The notes under the pieces: generated by a model
Database searches by the model: none
Seen by the model: only the letters and a program-made list of their open reading frames with translations
Told to the model about the DNA's origin: nothing
Position numbers and translations under genes: made by a program
Assembly: GCA_964016885.1 (NCBI GenBank)
Contig: OZ024741.1
Span: forward strand, 104,160,001 to 104,224,000
DNA from: Eledone cirrhosa
Lineage: Eukaryota
Reading direction: 5' to 3'
Length of the DNA: 64,000 bases
Shown: in pieces, positions 46,255-58,867 of the stretch
How positions within the stretch are numbered: the stretch's first letter is position 1
How the letters are laid out: each line of letters begins with the position of its first letter

Positions 46255-47800
46255 ACATTGCAGTCATGTGCCGGAGTATCACGGCCCCTTTCAACGTTTG
46301 ATATCTGGATGATGCTACGTTGGGCGGGCCCGTACGGACGGTCTGCCATGACCTTCAATCGGTGGTTCCTGCCCTGGCGGGAATCGGCTTCCAGGTCAAC
46401 TCGGCCAAGTCGGAGGTGGTGAATGTCAGCCTTGATGCTGCGAGCTTTGCAGTCTCCGTCTTGGACGTGCGGTCCATTCTCCGCCAGGTTCAGGTGACCC
46501 CCAAAGAGGATGTCCTCATCATAGGGTCACCGATCCACCCGCCGGCCATCCGCTCCACCATCAGGTCCAGGCTTCAACAGCTCCAGACTCTCACGAGCGG
46601 ACTGGGCTTGATTGACGGCCACCCAGCTCTCTTTCTGCTGAGGAACTGCTTCGCCATGCCGAAGCTCTCTATACTCTCTGCAGCGCCCCGTGCTACACCC
46701 AGACATCTCTCCTCGCTGACCTCGATACTTGTATCCGAGCAGCAACCGAGGGGATATGCAACGTCAAGTTTGACGACATAGGGTGGCAACAGGCCACTTT
46801 ACCTGTCAGGTATGGCGGTCTTGGCCTCCGATCCTCGATCTCACTAGCTTTGACGGCGTTTCTTTCGTCGGTAACCTCGTGCCACGTCCTCGTCAGCAGG
46901 GTTCTTCAAAACACAACAGAACCCTCTGTGTTCAGAGAACGTGAGGCCGCCTGTGATACGTGGGACAGGCTGGGACTTAGCCCAGTAGACGTCCCTCCTC
47001 CTTCTCCCCCTGTTGACGTCAAGTCCCCCCAACGCACTTGGGATGCCATCCAGTGCAGCCTGGCCTCAGACAGGCTCACGCTCCAGCTCGACCAGCACCG
47101 CCTTGCTTGTTTTCGTGCGGCTTTCAAACCCCACAGTGGTGCCTGGCTCCATGCCCTGCTCTCCTTCTCCACTGGCACGCAGCTAGACAACCATAGCCTG
47201 CGAATCGGCGTTTCCTGAGGCTCGGCCACCGGATCTTCCAGCCACACCAGTGTCGCTGCGGTTCCACCGTGGACTCTTTCGGCCTCCATCCGTTTTCCTG
47301 TCGCCACAGTGCCGGCCGCATTCCACGCCATGCTGCCCTCAACGAGGTCATTAAGCATGGCTTGGACGCTGCAGGCTTCCCTTCCCAGCTCGAGCCGGTG
47401 GGGCTGGATCGAGGGGACGGCAAAAGGCCAGATGGCATGACCATCTTTCCGTTCCGCGGTGGCAAACCCCTCGTCTGGGATGCCACTTGCACTGACACTT
47501 TCTGCAGCCGCAACCTAGTGCAGTCTGCGACTGACCCAGGTTCTGCTGCACGTCGGACTGAGGGGGCCAAACTCCTCAAATACCGGTCGCTCTCCGACAG
47601 GTTTGCGTTCGTACTCCTGGCAGTGGAGACTTCTGGTGTCCTTGGCCCAGGGCTATCTCCTCATTCACCACCATAGGCGCTGAGCTGGCCAGCCGCAGGT
47701 GTGAGCCCCGCGAGTTGGAGTGGCTTTTCCAGTGCGTCTTCCTTGCCGTCCTCCGGGGAAACGCCTTCTCCATTCTGTCCGCCGGGGCTGTGGGTGGGCC
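46255..47800 (+). mobile_element. CRE-like non-LTR retrotransposon, 5'-truncated and frameshifted (RT end, zinc knuckle, restriction-like endonuclease)
   Basis: YLDDATLGG, QATLPVRYGGLGLRS, GAWLHAL, CRCG...HPFSC, RHAALN, KRPDGMT, LVWDAT, VETSGVLGP, RGNA. GC-rich against the background. Confidence 0.85.
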
Positions 47801-47984
47801 CCATCACGTACCGTTGTAGTTGTTGTATACAGATATTAACTCATCAATCCTATACAGAACTATTGTTTATAAATATTAATATTTTTAGAATAGAATCTAT
47901 GACTTCTTTGTGTCTTTCATTCAAACGAAATTTAGTTCTGACCCCCCCCCCAAAAAAAAAAGATGTTATGAAATAGATACCTAC

Positions 47985-48069
47985 CATACAAACGTCAGGT
48001 AGCTCTTTAACGAGTCCCAAGACTGGTTGACCATAAATTTCTGAAGATTGTGACATGATCTCTTCCCAC
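47985..48069 (-). CDS. TRPA1: TRPA1-like exon (linker): WEEIMSQSSEIYGQPVLGLVKELPDVCM
   Basis: Acceptor tttag|, donor |gtaggt; 85 nt, phase 2-0; aligns by eye to human RWDECL...CPITEMIEYLPECM. Confidence 0.85.
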
Positions 48070-49031
48070 CTAAAGATGATAATACAAGTTATTTTAGGTT
48101 GGAGAACATATTATTTTACATTGTTTTATGAAAATAGAATAAATTATTTTGATGGGCATTAGCTCGAGGGAACATATTATTTTCACTACATTTAGACGCG
48201 AACTCATAAACATAATAAACGAATGTGTGATCCAGGTAATCAATCAGTTTAGTAAATTAAAAAAATGTTCTTTACTAAACAAAAGTGGATAATTAACTGA
48301 CAAAACATCACTATCCTACTTGAGCTAAATATTGCTTGAGAGGAGCGGGTGGAAGTGTTGCAAGACAGAAAGAGAACAAAGTACGAGGAGATGGTGGAGG
48401 ACTACCACAGGAATGGTAGAAGGCCTTAATACTTCATGCTAGGGGAGGTAGGCAGTCGAGGGTTAAAAGGTGGTTTTCTTAGAGAAGCATACGGAATCTT
48501 GGACATTACGTCAGTGTGCAGGAAAAGAGCCACCAAGAACAATATGTAAGCATTAGAAAGTAAATATAAATTGTTATGGTTGAAAAAGAAGTGACCAGTT
48601 GGGTCAGTAGAATAGTTGGGTCAGTAGAACACACGTTGAGTTTTTGATCAACCTCGTTTCAGTCAAGTGGATGAAGGTTATGTTGTAAGAACGGAAAGAT
48701 TGATGATATGTTCAGGTATTCACTGTAGATGTTTGAAGAACTTGAACTTAATGACACTTTAGAACAACGAACTACATAAACCTTTTAGATATTTATTCGC
48801 ACCACCGACATCAACAACACCACCACCACTACCACCATCATCCCCACACCATCATCACCTCCACCACCACCACCAACAACAACAACACCTCCACCAACAA
48901 AAATACTACCACCATCACCGCCAACAACAACAACAGCAACAACAGCAACACCCCCACCACCACAACAACAAAAGCAAAAAAACTAGCTACACATCACCAC
49001 CATCTACCGAGACCTCCTCTTATTTAATTAC

Positions 49032-49198
49032 CTCGGATGTTCAATCACAGACTGGGCCACATCAGTACTTTTGGTTTCAAGAACATGGTCAAAAAATGTC
49101 ATCTTCTTTCTATCTTTGACTATCTTCGCCTTACATGACAGCAGTAAACTCACTGCCGAAGTGTGGCTATTCTTGGCTGACAGGTGCAGTGCCGTTTG
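49032..49198 (-). CDS. TRPA1: TRPA1-like exon (last ankyrin repeats): QTALHLSAKNSHTSAVSLLLSCKAKIVKDRKKMTFFDHVLETKSTDVAQSVIEHP(R)
   Basis: Acceptor tctag|, donor |gtaatt; 167 nt, phase 0-2; TALH motif. Confidence 0.88.
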
Positions 49199-49319
49199 CT
49201 AGAAGAGGATAGACATAGGTATATTGTTAGATATAATGGTTTCTGATTTAGGCACAAGGCCAACATTTTGTAAGGTATATAAGTATGTATAATATTGATA
49301 AAGATATTCAATCAGTAAT

Positions 49320-50752
49320 ATAATTGTTTCTACTTTTGGCACAAGGCTAGCAATTATCCCTTAAGGATGAAAGGCAAAGTTAACCTCGGTGGGATTTGAA
49401 CTCAGATCATAAAAGGCCGTAACTCTATGCTGCAAAGCATGGCGCCCGACCCTCTACCGATACTGCCAATCCACCGCCCATCAGTAATATAATGGTTTCT
49501 TAAGTAGGCACAAGGCCAGCAATTTTGGGGGGAGGGAAAAGTCGATGAAATCGACCCTAGTGCGTGACTGGTACTTTATTTTATCGACCCCGTAAAGATG
49601 AAAGACAAAGTTAACCTTGGCGGAATTTGAACTCAGATCATAAAGGGCCGTAACTCTATGCTGCAAAGCAAAGCGTCCGACCCTCTACCGATACTGCTAA
49701 TCCACCGCCCATTAGTAATATAATAAAAGCCATGTGCATTTGACTGACAAAGGAAGGGGTGATTACGTCGACTGAGGAAGGAAGGGCTGATCACGTCGAC
49801 TGAGGAAGGAAGGGGTGGCAGCATTTAACATTCGCTACACCTGTGTGTATATATTTATAGCGAAATAGCAGAGGTACCCGGCATTGCTCGGGTATTAAAT
49901 AGTAGTTATGTATACCATTTATGTCAATACTTCAGTGCTGCTTCGAAAACTATACTTTTACAAAATCATCGGCTTTTTCCAAAAGGGTTCTTGCCCCCAG
50001 AGGTCCCCTAGTCAATATGTGCCAATTATGAGAGTTCACATTCATCTGTAGAACAAACGTAGCCCATGTGTCAAGTTTTGTGAAAATCGGTTGCGAACTC
50101 CAGAAGTTATGACGTTTTGTTGCATTGCACTGCAGTGCTTCAGTCGACTCCAAGGAAGTGGTTAAAGTGGGTTTTCTGCCGGGAGGCCCTATAATCAATA
50201 TCTGGAAAAATGAAAGTGCCCATGACCATCCGAAATACATAAGTAACCTATGTCTTAAGTTTGGTGAAAATACTGTAGAAATGCATAAGGTTTACACGCG
50301 CGCGCGCGCAGTGTGTGTTTGTGTGTGTTTGTGTTTGCGTGTGTGTATGTATACGTATGTACTGGCCTAAATCTTCACTATTTACTTTTACTATTTTAAG
50401 GCAAAGTAGGGTGGTGGATTGGCAGTATCGGTAGAGGGTCGGACGCCATGCTTTGCAGCATAGAGTTACGGCCCTTTATGATCTGAGTTCAAATCCCACC
50501 GAGGTTAACTTTGCCTTTCATCCTAACGGGTTCGATAAAATAAAGTACCAGTCACGCACTGGGGTCGATTTAATCACTTTCCCCTCCCCCAAAATTGCTG
50601 GCTTTGTGCCTATATAAGAAACCACTATTTTAAGGCAAAGTTAAAATCCCGTCGAGGTTAACTTTGCCTTTCATCATTACGGGGTTGATAAAATAAAGTA
50701 CCAGTAATGTACTGGGTAATTGCTGACCTTGTGCCAAAAGTAGAAACAACTA
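49320..50752. mobile_element. Oppositely oriented SINE clusters (minus 49320-49712; plus 50410-50752) around a Helitron-like piece
   Basis: Near-identical SINE heads on opposite strands. Confidence 0.82.
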
Positions 50753-51143
50753 TTTTAATAACCTCTGTCATTTTCGTTTACAATTTTATTTACATCATTC
50801 TTAAACTCCGGAGCTGGAAATCATTCGGTTATTTTAAATAGAATGTTAGTCTAACGACTCCATTTACACCATAAACTTGGTCTCGTCTTTGTATGAAATT
50901 GTTCTTCTCGGTCCACATGACGATGTATTATCCTCGCTTTTTTTCCGTTCATTACCAAGGTACGTCTTCACGAACCAAAATATCGTCTTCCTGTTTTCCT
51001 TCGGTTGCAACGTTTCTCGAAATATTTAATTCTGCGTTCACAGATTGAATTTTTTAGTTTAAGAAGATCCCGTTAATGTTGAAAGTAGCGATTCTTTGCT
51101 TAAACTTTCTTTCTTTCTCAACCCCTCTCCCTTTTTTCTCATA

Positions 51144-51270
<127 letters not shown>

Positions 51271-51348
51271 CGACCTATCTCACTCTCTCTCTCTCTACAT
51301 CTCCCTTTCTTTCTTTAGATGTATATGTATATGTGAGTGTGTGTGATA

Positions 51349-51429
<81 letters not shown>

Positions 51430-53956
51430 TTGCAACATGTATGTTGTTTCATAGATTTTTGAGGGTAGTGAGAATGAAAATATAAACAGAGCGTATAAAT
51501 AAATTTACAGTAGAATAACATAACAAATATGTTTTAAATATATACATAAATAGCATTACAAATGCCTCGGTAACACTACAAAGGATGATACAATGAAAGA
51601 TATATTCCTTCAATGCTACAATATTAAAGAAAATGTAAAGGGAGGGATGAACAACGGAGCCAACACCAGAGCAAAAGACAGTAACGTCGCGAGTACTGGG
51701 AAACCTCTCTAATTTTGAGGCAAGCCAGCACACTCGCAGCGTTGCCTCGGGTGATGGCGAGGCTGATGCGCTGAAATATTGTTTTAAAAGACTTTTTAAT
51801 GGAAATGAAGCAAAATGGAAGCTTAATGTTGAAACTTCGAACTCATGAATTTTGCAGGTTAAAATTTTGCTGACCCGAAAACTGTTCGCGTATTTTTGTA
51901 CCTTTGCACGTTTATTCGTGACGTAAATAGATAAACAAATGACGCCATAAAAGGGAAATAACTCGTCTCTCATCTCTATTTATACATTTGAACTGAAAAT
52001 CAATACATTACAAATTCGATTTTTGCACTTGGCGTGGGTCGATTTGAATTTTTTTTTGACCGATGTCTCCGCCGAAATTTGAACGTACAGTTTAGGAGGA
52101 GATGTGTGCCGACTGTTTTAGTAGACAGACAGACAACCTCAGTTTTATATATATAGATTGGCTACACACATTGCACATTGGTTGTTATGATTATGTGAGT
52201 GTTTGTGTGTATATGTGTGTTTGTGTAAATTATATAGATACATAATATTTGTATGAGTGTATATGTGTTTGTGTGTGTTTATTTAGAAAGATACATAGAC
52301 AATAGAATTAAAAACACACACGAATCTACACACACATATATATATATATATATAAACATACACACTTAGAAAAAATAATTATTACATACACACACATCTA
52401 TGTGATGACTGAGGAAAGAGGTGGGTGAGAAAATATAGAAGTCCAGCGTTATAGCATTCGTCACAGCTGTGTGTTTGTGTGTTTGTATCACTTGTATGAG
52501 TGAACGCGAAGGAACCAACCAGCCAACCAACAAACAAACATCTCTTTTTTATATTATGTATAGATATTACAATTAGCTGTCATTTTTGACGGCACGGGAC
52601 CAGCTAGTTAATGATATTATTCAAACATTTCAAAAGTTCACGTGTACGGCAATGCAGTTTATATATTGTACTAGTGGACCAGTACCGTCAATAATGATGG
52701 CAATAGCGTTGAATGTATTTAATGTTTGGAGTTCAGGGTTGGTATACCATATATACGAGGATTACCGGATATATGAACAGCCATACAAACTGGAAAATTT
52801 GCGTTTTGATATAAATTAATGGTTTGCTTAAGAGAAACCCTAGAGTTTATATTGATTGCTACGGACACGTTGAAGTGATTAAAGAAAAAAAAACCGATGT
52901 AATAATATATTTTAAAGATATAATTACATAAATATTCCACATATATGTAAAAATGATATACAGGATTAAATGTATGAGTAACTTTGGAGAAATAACTATT
53001 TACAGGGACATATGTAAGGTTAGAATCCTGGACTTTGTGATTTGCAAACGACTTCTTATTTTAGCAACATGACTTACAGAGGAATAGGTGCGTAAATAAA
53101 AAAAAATTGTAGATCCCCCACCACATACATACAATAAGGTGTAGTAGTTTGCTTGAAGCATAGTGGAATATGAAAGTGAAAAGTGGGTATGTTTAGGAAG
53201 TCGTAGTATGCAAGGGAGTTAGAATTGCCAAGGCACCATTCCGGAAGGGAATTGAGAAAAGTAAGGTAGAAGGCAAAAAGTGGGAGGAGGGAAATAAAAG
53301 AACAAGAACGACTGAATATTCCCTTAGTAATTCATTAGTCTCCAAAATGTTTGGATTTACCTTCCGTTATCAAGCGAGTTCTCTAAGGAGAAATCGGAGA
53401 TTTTATTCCCGGTCACTGTATTTTTTAAAGTTTCGGTTGTGTTAGGGTTAAACATACGTATGCACGTAAACGCAAGTGTAGGTCCAGTTGGATATCTATG
53501 TACCGAAGTGTGTGTACATATAAGAACGTGTGTGTAAGCATGCTTATGATGTATGTATGTGTACGTAAATGTATCCGTAGGTGTGTATATATGTAAATAT
53601 GTAAATATGAATGTAAATATGTAAGCACGCATGTATGTGCGTATATCTAAGGACGTATGTGTGTGTGTAAGCATGTGTATGGTGTACGTGTATGTACGTA
53701 AGGTTTGTATATATGTTAATGTTTGTGTAAATATGTGTAAGTACTTAAAACGTAATGTAACTAAGCGTATGTACTCATTAGTACCCCGTTTCATAATGCT
53801 ATCCAACTAATGGTAACAGTTTAATCTAACGAGCACCATCAATCTTAAGACTTTGCACACACACACAAACACACACGCGCGCGCGCGCACACACACACAT
53901 ATATATATATACATATACATACATACACAGGCACACACATATACACACACACATAT

Positions 53957-54139
53957 GAAATTCCGTTATAATGAAATTCACGGGGTATAAAAAAAATTCG
54001 TTGTAACGAAAATTTCTTTATAACGAAATCGACCGAAACAAATCGAGCGTTTATTTCTTATTACTTCGGAGATGAAAAAATATTCCGTTATACTGAAAAT
54101 TTCGTTATAATGGTATTCGTTATAACGGAATTTAACCTG
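53957..54139. mobile_element. MITE-like remnant with multiple ttcgttataacg subterminal repeats
   Basis: aaattccgttataatg ... cgttataacggaatttaacctg|ta. Confidence 0.6.
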
Positions 54140-54196
54140 TATACATATACAGACACACGTGGCGTATTATGGTTTATATGTGTGTGTGAGACTTAC

Positions 54197-54311
54197 CCCA
54201 TCTGAATTAGTGGCGTTCATCAAATAACAGTGGACATTTAATAGTAATGTTATACTTTTGGTGTAACCATTGGCAGCAGCATGGTGGAGAGGTGAATTGT
54301 TCCTATGGTCT
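54197..54311 (-). CDS. TRPA1: TRPA1-like exon (ankyrin repeat): DHRNNSPLHHAAANGYTKSITLLLNVHCYLMNATNSDG
   Basis: Acceptor tacag|, donor |gtaagt; 115 nt, phase 2-0, in frame with neighbours; SPLH.AA.NGY ankyrin motif. Confidence 0.9.
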
Positions 54312-54543
54312 CTGTAAAACATGACAGATTTTAGACAGAGATACATAACTACAGCTGATATATATATACCGTTTCTGGCTTAAAGTTCCTGGCTTAAGAG
54401 TGTTGCGAAAGGGCAGAACTGTTACCTTTACAAGGAAGGTAGGACCATTGCAATAAGTGTGTGAATCTGAGAGGGGAATATGTTGAATAAAATCATAATT
54501 TGATATTTTCTTTTACCCAAAGCCAGGAACTTTTCGGCACCCC

Positions 54544-54593
<50 letters not shown>

Positions 54594-54594
54594 G

Positions 54595-54651
<57 letters not shown>

Positions 54652-54838
54652 AAAATTAAATGGTAACAAAAAAGCAAACAATGCAGTACAATGAAGAATT
54701 ATATTAGTTTAGCGCTTGATATAGTAAGAAAAGAGTATTAACGTTTCAGCTACTAATCCTTCATCCGAAGATAGAATGAGAAATAAAAGAAATAGAAAGA
54801 TAGTGAGAAGAGGAAGGAACGGAATAAACCTTTTGGAA

Positions 54839-54874
<36 letters not shown>

Positions 54875-54949
54875 CCATAGAGCAAATATTCCTTACTAGA
54901 ACATATTAAAAGTTTAAGCAAATAGTATCAATGCGTCTTAAACAACAAA

Positions 54950-55630
54950 GATCTGAACTTAACAATAAAATTATGGTCAATACTGCTGTTATTTCGACCT
55001 TGCTATATGGCTGCGAAACCTGGACTCTTTATCGACGCGACATCCAAATATTAGAACGCTTTCACTAGCAAAAGCTTCGTTCAATCTTGAACATCAAATG
55101 GGAACACTATATGACCAACAACAAAATCCTGGAAAGAGCCAACAGTCAAAGCATTGAATCGCTGATCATGAAACACCGTCTTCAATAGTTAGGACATGTA
55201 GCAAGAATGGAAGAGTTAAGGTGTCCACATCAAGTCTTATTCAGCGAGCTCACTTCAGGGAAAAGACCACGGGGTTGCCCTCTTCAAAGATATAAGGACC
55301 AACTCAAAACAACATTAAAAGCCACTGGACTTGAGCCTAAATCGTTTGAAACACAAGCATGAGACTGTACCAACTGGCTGTGTTCCATCACCAACGGAAC
55401 CAAAAACATCGAAGCCACCAGAAGAGAAAAGGAGGAAATCAAACGACAAGAGAGAAAGGCTCGGCAAAATCAAACTCGCCCTCCTCCAACACTACCATAC
55501 GGTCAATGCCATCGATTCTTCCATATAAGAACCGGTCTACTTAGTTATCAACGCCATCAATCATATAGGAAACGACCAGCAAAGAAGAAATTAATTTCTC
55601 GGATATAAGATAAGACCAACAACGACAACC
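54950..55630 (+). mobile_element. RTE-clade LINE 3' fragment
   Basis: STLLYGCETWTLY...LERFH*QKLRSILNIKW...LGHVARME...GKRPRG; in-frame stops. Confidence 0.85.
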
Positions 55631-55739
55631 TTAAAGTGTTTATATTTGTCTAAAAACCTTCCATCGTAATTGTTAAGTTATGTTCCAAACACCAGCTTGA
55701 TAATGATTACTAGTTTAGGTCGAAAGCCATCAATTTGTG

Positions 55740-55918
55740 GAGTGGGCAAAAGTTGATTATATCAACCCTAGTTCATGACTGGTACTTTTGTTTTATCGAC
55801 TCAGAAGAGATGAAAGACTAAGTTGATCTCGGTGGGAATTAAACTCAGAATATAGAGCCAGATCAAAAACGACAATGGCATTTTATCCGACGCTCTACCG
55901 TTTTTACCAATCCACCAC
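55740..55918 (-). mobile_element. Diverged SINE copy
   Basis: ctggtacttttgttttatcgac...gatgaaag...gatctcggtgggaatt. Confidence 0.7.
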
Positions 55919-56114
55919 TCTGCACTCTAGCTTAATAGTGACAGGGCTAGATATATTGTTAAATCCTTGAAAATTATTTGAAAGTTATTGGCAGTGTTTT
56001 TCATTAGAAAAGACAACGAAAAATATGGCAAGAAAAGGATTAGTAAAATATGGTAACGAAAGTGTTAGAAAAATATGGTAAAATACAGAATTATATTGAA
56101 TGTAATCGACTTAC

Positions 56115-56279
56115 TTTGAAACAACTGCTCCTCTTGTTATCAAAAGATCCAAGATTTTGACATGACCATTCTCTGCTGCTATATGCATGGCACTCATTCC
56201 TTTCCCATCAATTTCATTGAGGATGCTTTTACCTTGCAAACTATCGAGAAGTTTGCAGCAAGTCTTGAATCTTCCATAT
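56115..56279 (-). CDS. TRPA1: TRPA1-like channel exon (ankyrin repeat): YGRFKTCCKLLDSLQGKSILNEIDGKGMSAMHIAAENGHVKILDLLITRGAVVS(K)
   Basis: Acceptor ctaag|, donor |gtaagt; 165 nt, phase 2-2. Matches the TRPA1 pattern YGR.NTC..LL.S....I.NE.D..G.TPLH.A...GH. Confidence 0.9.
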
Positions 56280-56336
56280 CTTAGAATAGATTATATTCAT
56301 GAAATAGCAACTGAATAGTGATGTATGTATGTATGT

Positions 56337-58407
56337 TATCTCTTTCTCTTAATTTCGAGTATATTTTTTTGACCGGCCACCTTCCTGGTGGCAAGGTTGT
56401 AAAAGAAAAGAAATTGTCATCCCTTGAATCGCAAGAATGTTTTGCAAATTTTGAAGGTGCCAGCTATCGCAGCCATTTGTAGACTGAATTAGGGAGCTGC
56501 GCTCTTTGTCCGCAAATCCAAGTTCAGTCATACTTTGGTCCAAACGGGTTGGTATATAACCCGTAGCTCCAATAATGATGGGTATGAAGCTAAAGGTGTA
56601 TCTTGGATACTGGATTTGCAAACTCCTCATCAATGGTCCGTAGATGCTCTCCTTCTGTATTTTTCTGACAACGTTTACATCAAGTAAGCAGCTGATCTCC
56701 ACAACAGAACACGTTTTCAATGTGTGGTCCCAAACAACAATATCAAGCCGGTTGTGCTTTAATTTGGTGGCAGTTTTTATTTTCAGGTTCCACCAGTATT
56801 CCTTAGTGCCATCTGTCTCAATATATTCTTCCTCGTTTGTTGTTAATTTTGTTTTCCGAAGTGCGTTCCAGATGGTTCTAGCTATCCCATCGTGTCTCAT
56901 GGGGAGGTAGTAGCGAGATGACATTCTTTCGCAGCTGGCAACAATGTGGCTTACATCCTCGATCTTTGTTTTACAGAGCCTACATTTATTGTCAGCTGAT
57001 GGCCCTCCCCTTTTGTGCAGCAGATATTTGGTAGGGAGTTCTTGTTCCTGTATTGCATAGAGATATCCCTCAAGGTGTGATGTCATAAACTTGTCGGAAC
57101 TCCATGCCAGGCTTTTTGAGTGGTTTATCCCCTCTATGGTCTGTGTTTTACGTCTCAAGTATCCATTCACAACTTTTTCTGTAAATTGGTCAATTTTTTC
57201 ATCTTGTTTGAACATTGAATAGGATCTTCCGATTTCTCTGGGTGAGAGATTTATATCAGGCTTTATTCCATATCTCTCCTCCAGATCAGTGGCTATTCTA
57301 ATGATATTTTTTTTTTTCATGCTCATAAACCTGGGCAAGATGGTTGCCAACCTTTTTCCTCTGTTGAAGGTGTTACTTCAGTGTTACTATCCGGGGCTCA
57401 TATGATGTTAATATGGATTTTAGACCCCGGCCACCTTCCTTGCGTGAGAAATATAGCCTATCCACATCACCATTGATGTTAAAATTCCCAGTAACTCTGA
57501 GAAGTTTGCGAGTTCTAACATCCATCTCACTTAGTTCTTGCAATGACCAGTTCAGCAGGCCAAATGTTGGCGTTAGAATTGGCACAGCATAAGTATTGTG
57601 GGCAATGTATTTGTTGTACGCTGACAGTTCTGATGACCATATTTTCTTTACTCTTCTGAGGTATTCAGTTCTGGTTCTCTCCTTATTTATGGGTCCATCA
57701 TATCTGACATTCTCATCCTGTCCAAGATATCTGTAGTTGTCACCTGACTGTAGAGGTTATATTGTCAGGCCGTTCATCTCTAGATTTCTAGAGGAGGGCA
57801 CAGCTCTCCCACGTTTTACTGCCAAATATGCACAGTTGGACTCACCAAATTTCATTTTGATGTCTGTTGAAAATTGTGTAATGAGGTCCAATTGTTTCTT
57901 GATGTCATTGATATTTGGTCCATACAACTTCAGGTCATCAACAAAGAAAAGATGAGAGATACTTCTGGACCCACTTCTTTGTCCACCTTGTTTCCTGAGT
58001 AGGTAAGATAGTGGATTTAGTGAGAGAACGAAGAGTAGCACTGACAAGCTATAACCCTGAAAGATGCCCTTCTGGTAATGTATCCTATCAGTCTTAACTT
58101 GCTCCTTCTCACCTCTAAGGATCAAATTGGTGTACCAGTTGTTGGTCAGACGTTCAACAGCAGCTACCAGTGGTTGTGGGACTTTGGCTAACTGTAAAGC
58201 TTTAACAATCCACCCATGAGGTACACTATCAAATGCTTTTTGATAGTCCAGCCACACCACAGTCATGTTTCTGCGATTCTTTATTGTTTTTTCTTGAATC
58301 ATTTTATTAGTTAGTAGGTGATCTATGCAACCCCACACCTCCCTCTTTTCACCAGCTTGCTCAGGTGTTATTATGTTGTTGGTAGCACAGTGATCCTGTA
58401 AGAACAG
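56337..58407 (-). mobile_element. R4/Dong-like non-LTR element, 3' half (RT, CCHC, restriction-like endonuclease), ending in (CATA)n
   Basis: WLDYQKAFDSVPH, GIFQGYSLS, HLFFVDDLKLY, RKEGGRGL, CRLC...SHIVASC, RHD, KHNRLDIVVWD, VVEISC; frameshifted. Confidence 0.88.
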
Positions 58408-58421
58408 GTTAAGGCACCCAG

Positions 58422-58424
<3 letters not shown>

Positions 58425-58453
<29 letters not shown>

Positions 58454-58835
58454 TGTATGTATGTATGTATGTATGTATGTATGTATGTATGTATGTATTA
58501 CTTTATATCTGGAGATCTCTCTGCACTTGTCGTCACATGGTACCATGGGCCCAGCACTATGTGTCAATAATTGTCGCAAGTGTAGTGTTTGTACCAGAGT
58601 TTTCAAGTCGCTGGCTGGACTAAAAAGTCACACTCGTTCAGCACATCGGTAGGGGTTCTCCTACATGGATAAAGTAGTGGCCGTACTCGAAAACGAGTTG
58701 GTAGCCACCATGTATGTATGTTTTCTCTTTCTCTTAATTTCGAGTATATTTTTTTGACCGGTCACCTTCCTAGTGGCAAGGTTGTAAAAGAAAAGAAATT
58801 GTCATCCCTTGTATGTATGTATGTATGTATGTATG

Positions 58836-58866
<31 letters not shown>
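58425..58866. mobile_element. Composite stub between (TATG)n runs: RTE-type 3' end (plus, about 58500-58710) and a duplicate R4 3' end (minus, 58722-58810)
   Basis: CSVCTRVFKSLAGLKSHTRSAHR* then a tatg tail; 58725-58810 is nearly identical to 56340-56425. Confidence 0.75.

Positions 58867-58867
<1 letters not shown>

Noticed and set aside
51449-51973. 174-aa minus-strand ORF
   Set aside because: No recognisable domain; lies within Helitron-like repeat sequence.
58580-58652. C2H2 zinc finger as an exon of a host zinc-finger gene
   Set aside because: Single finger followed by a stop, short UTR and tatg tail, as at RTE-type LINE 3' ends.
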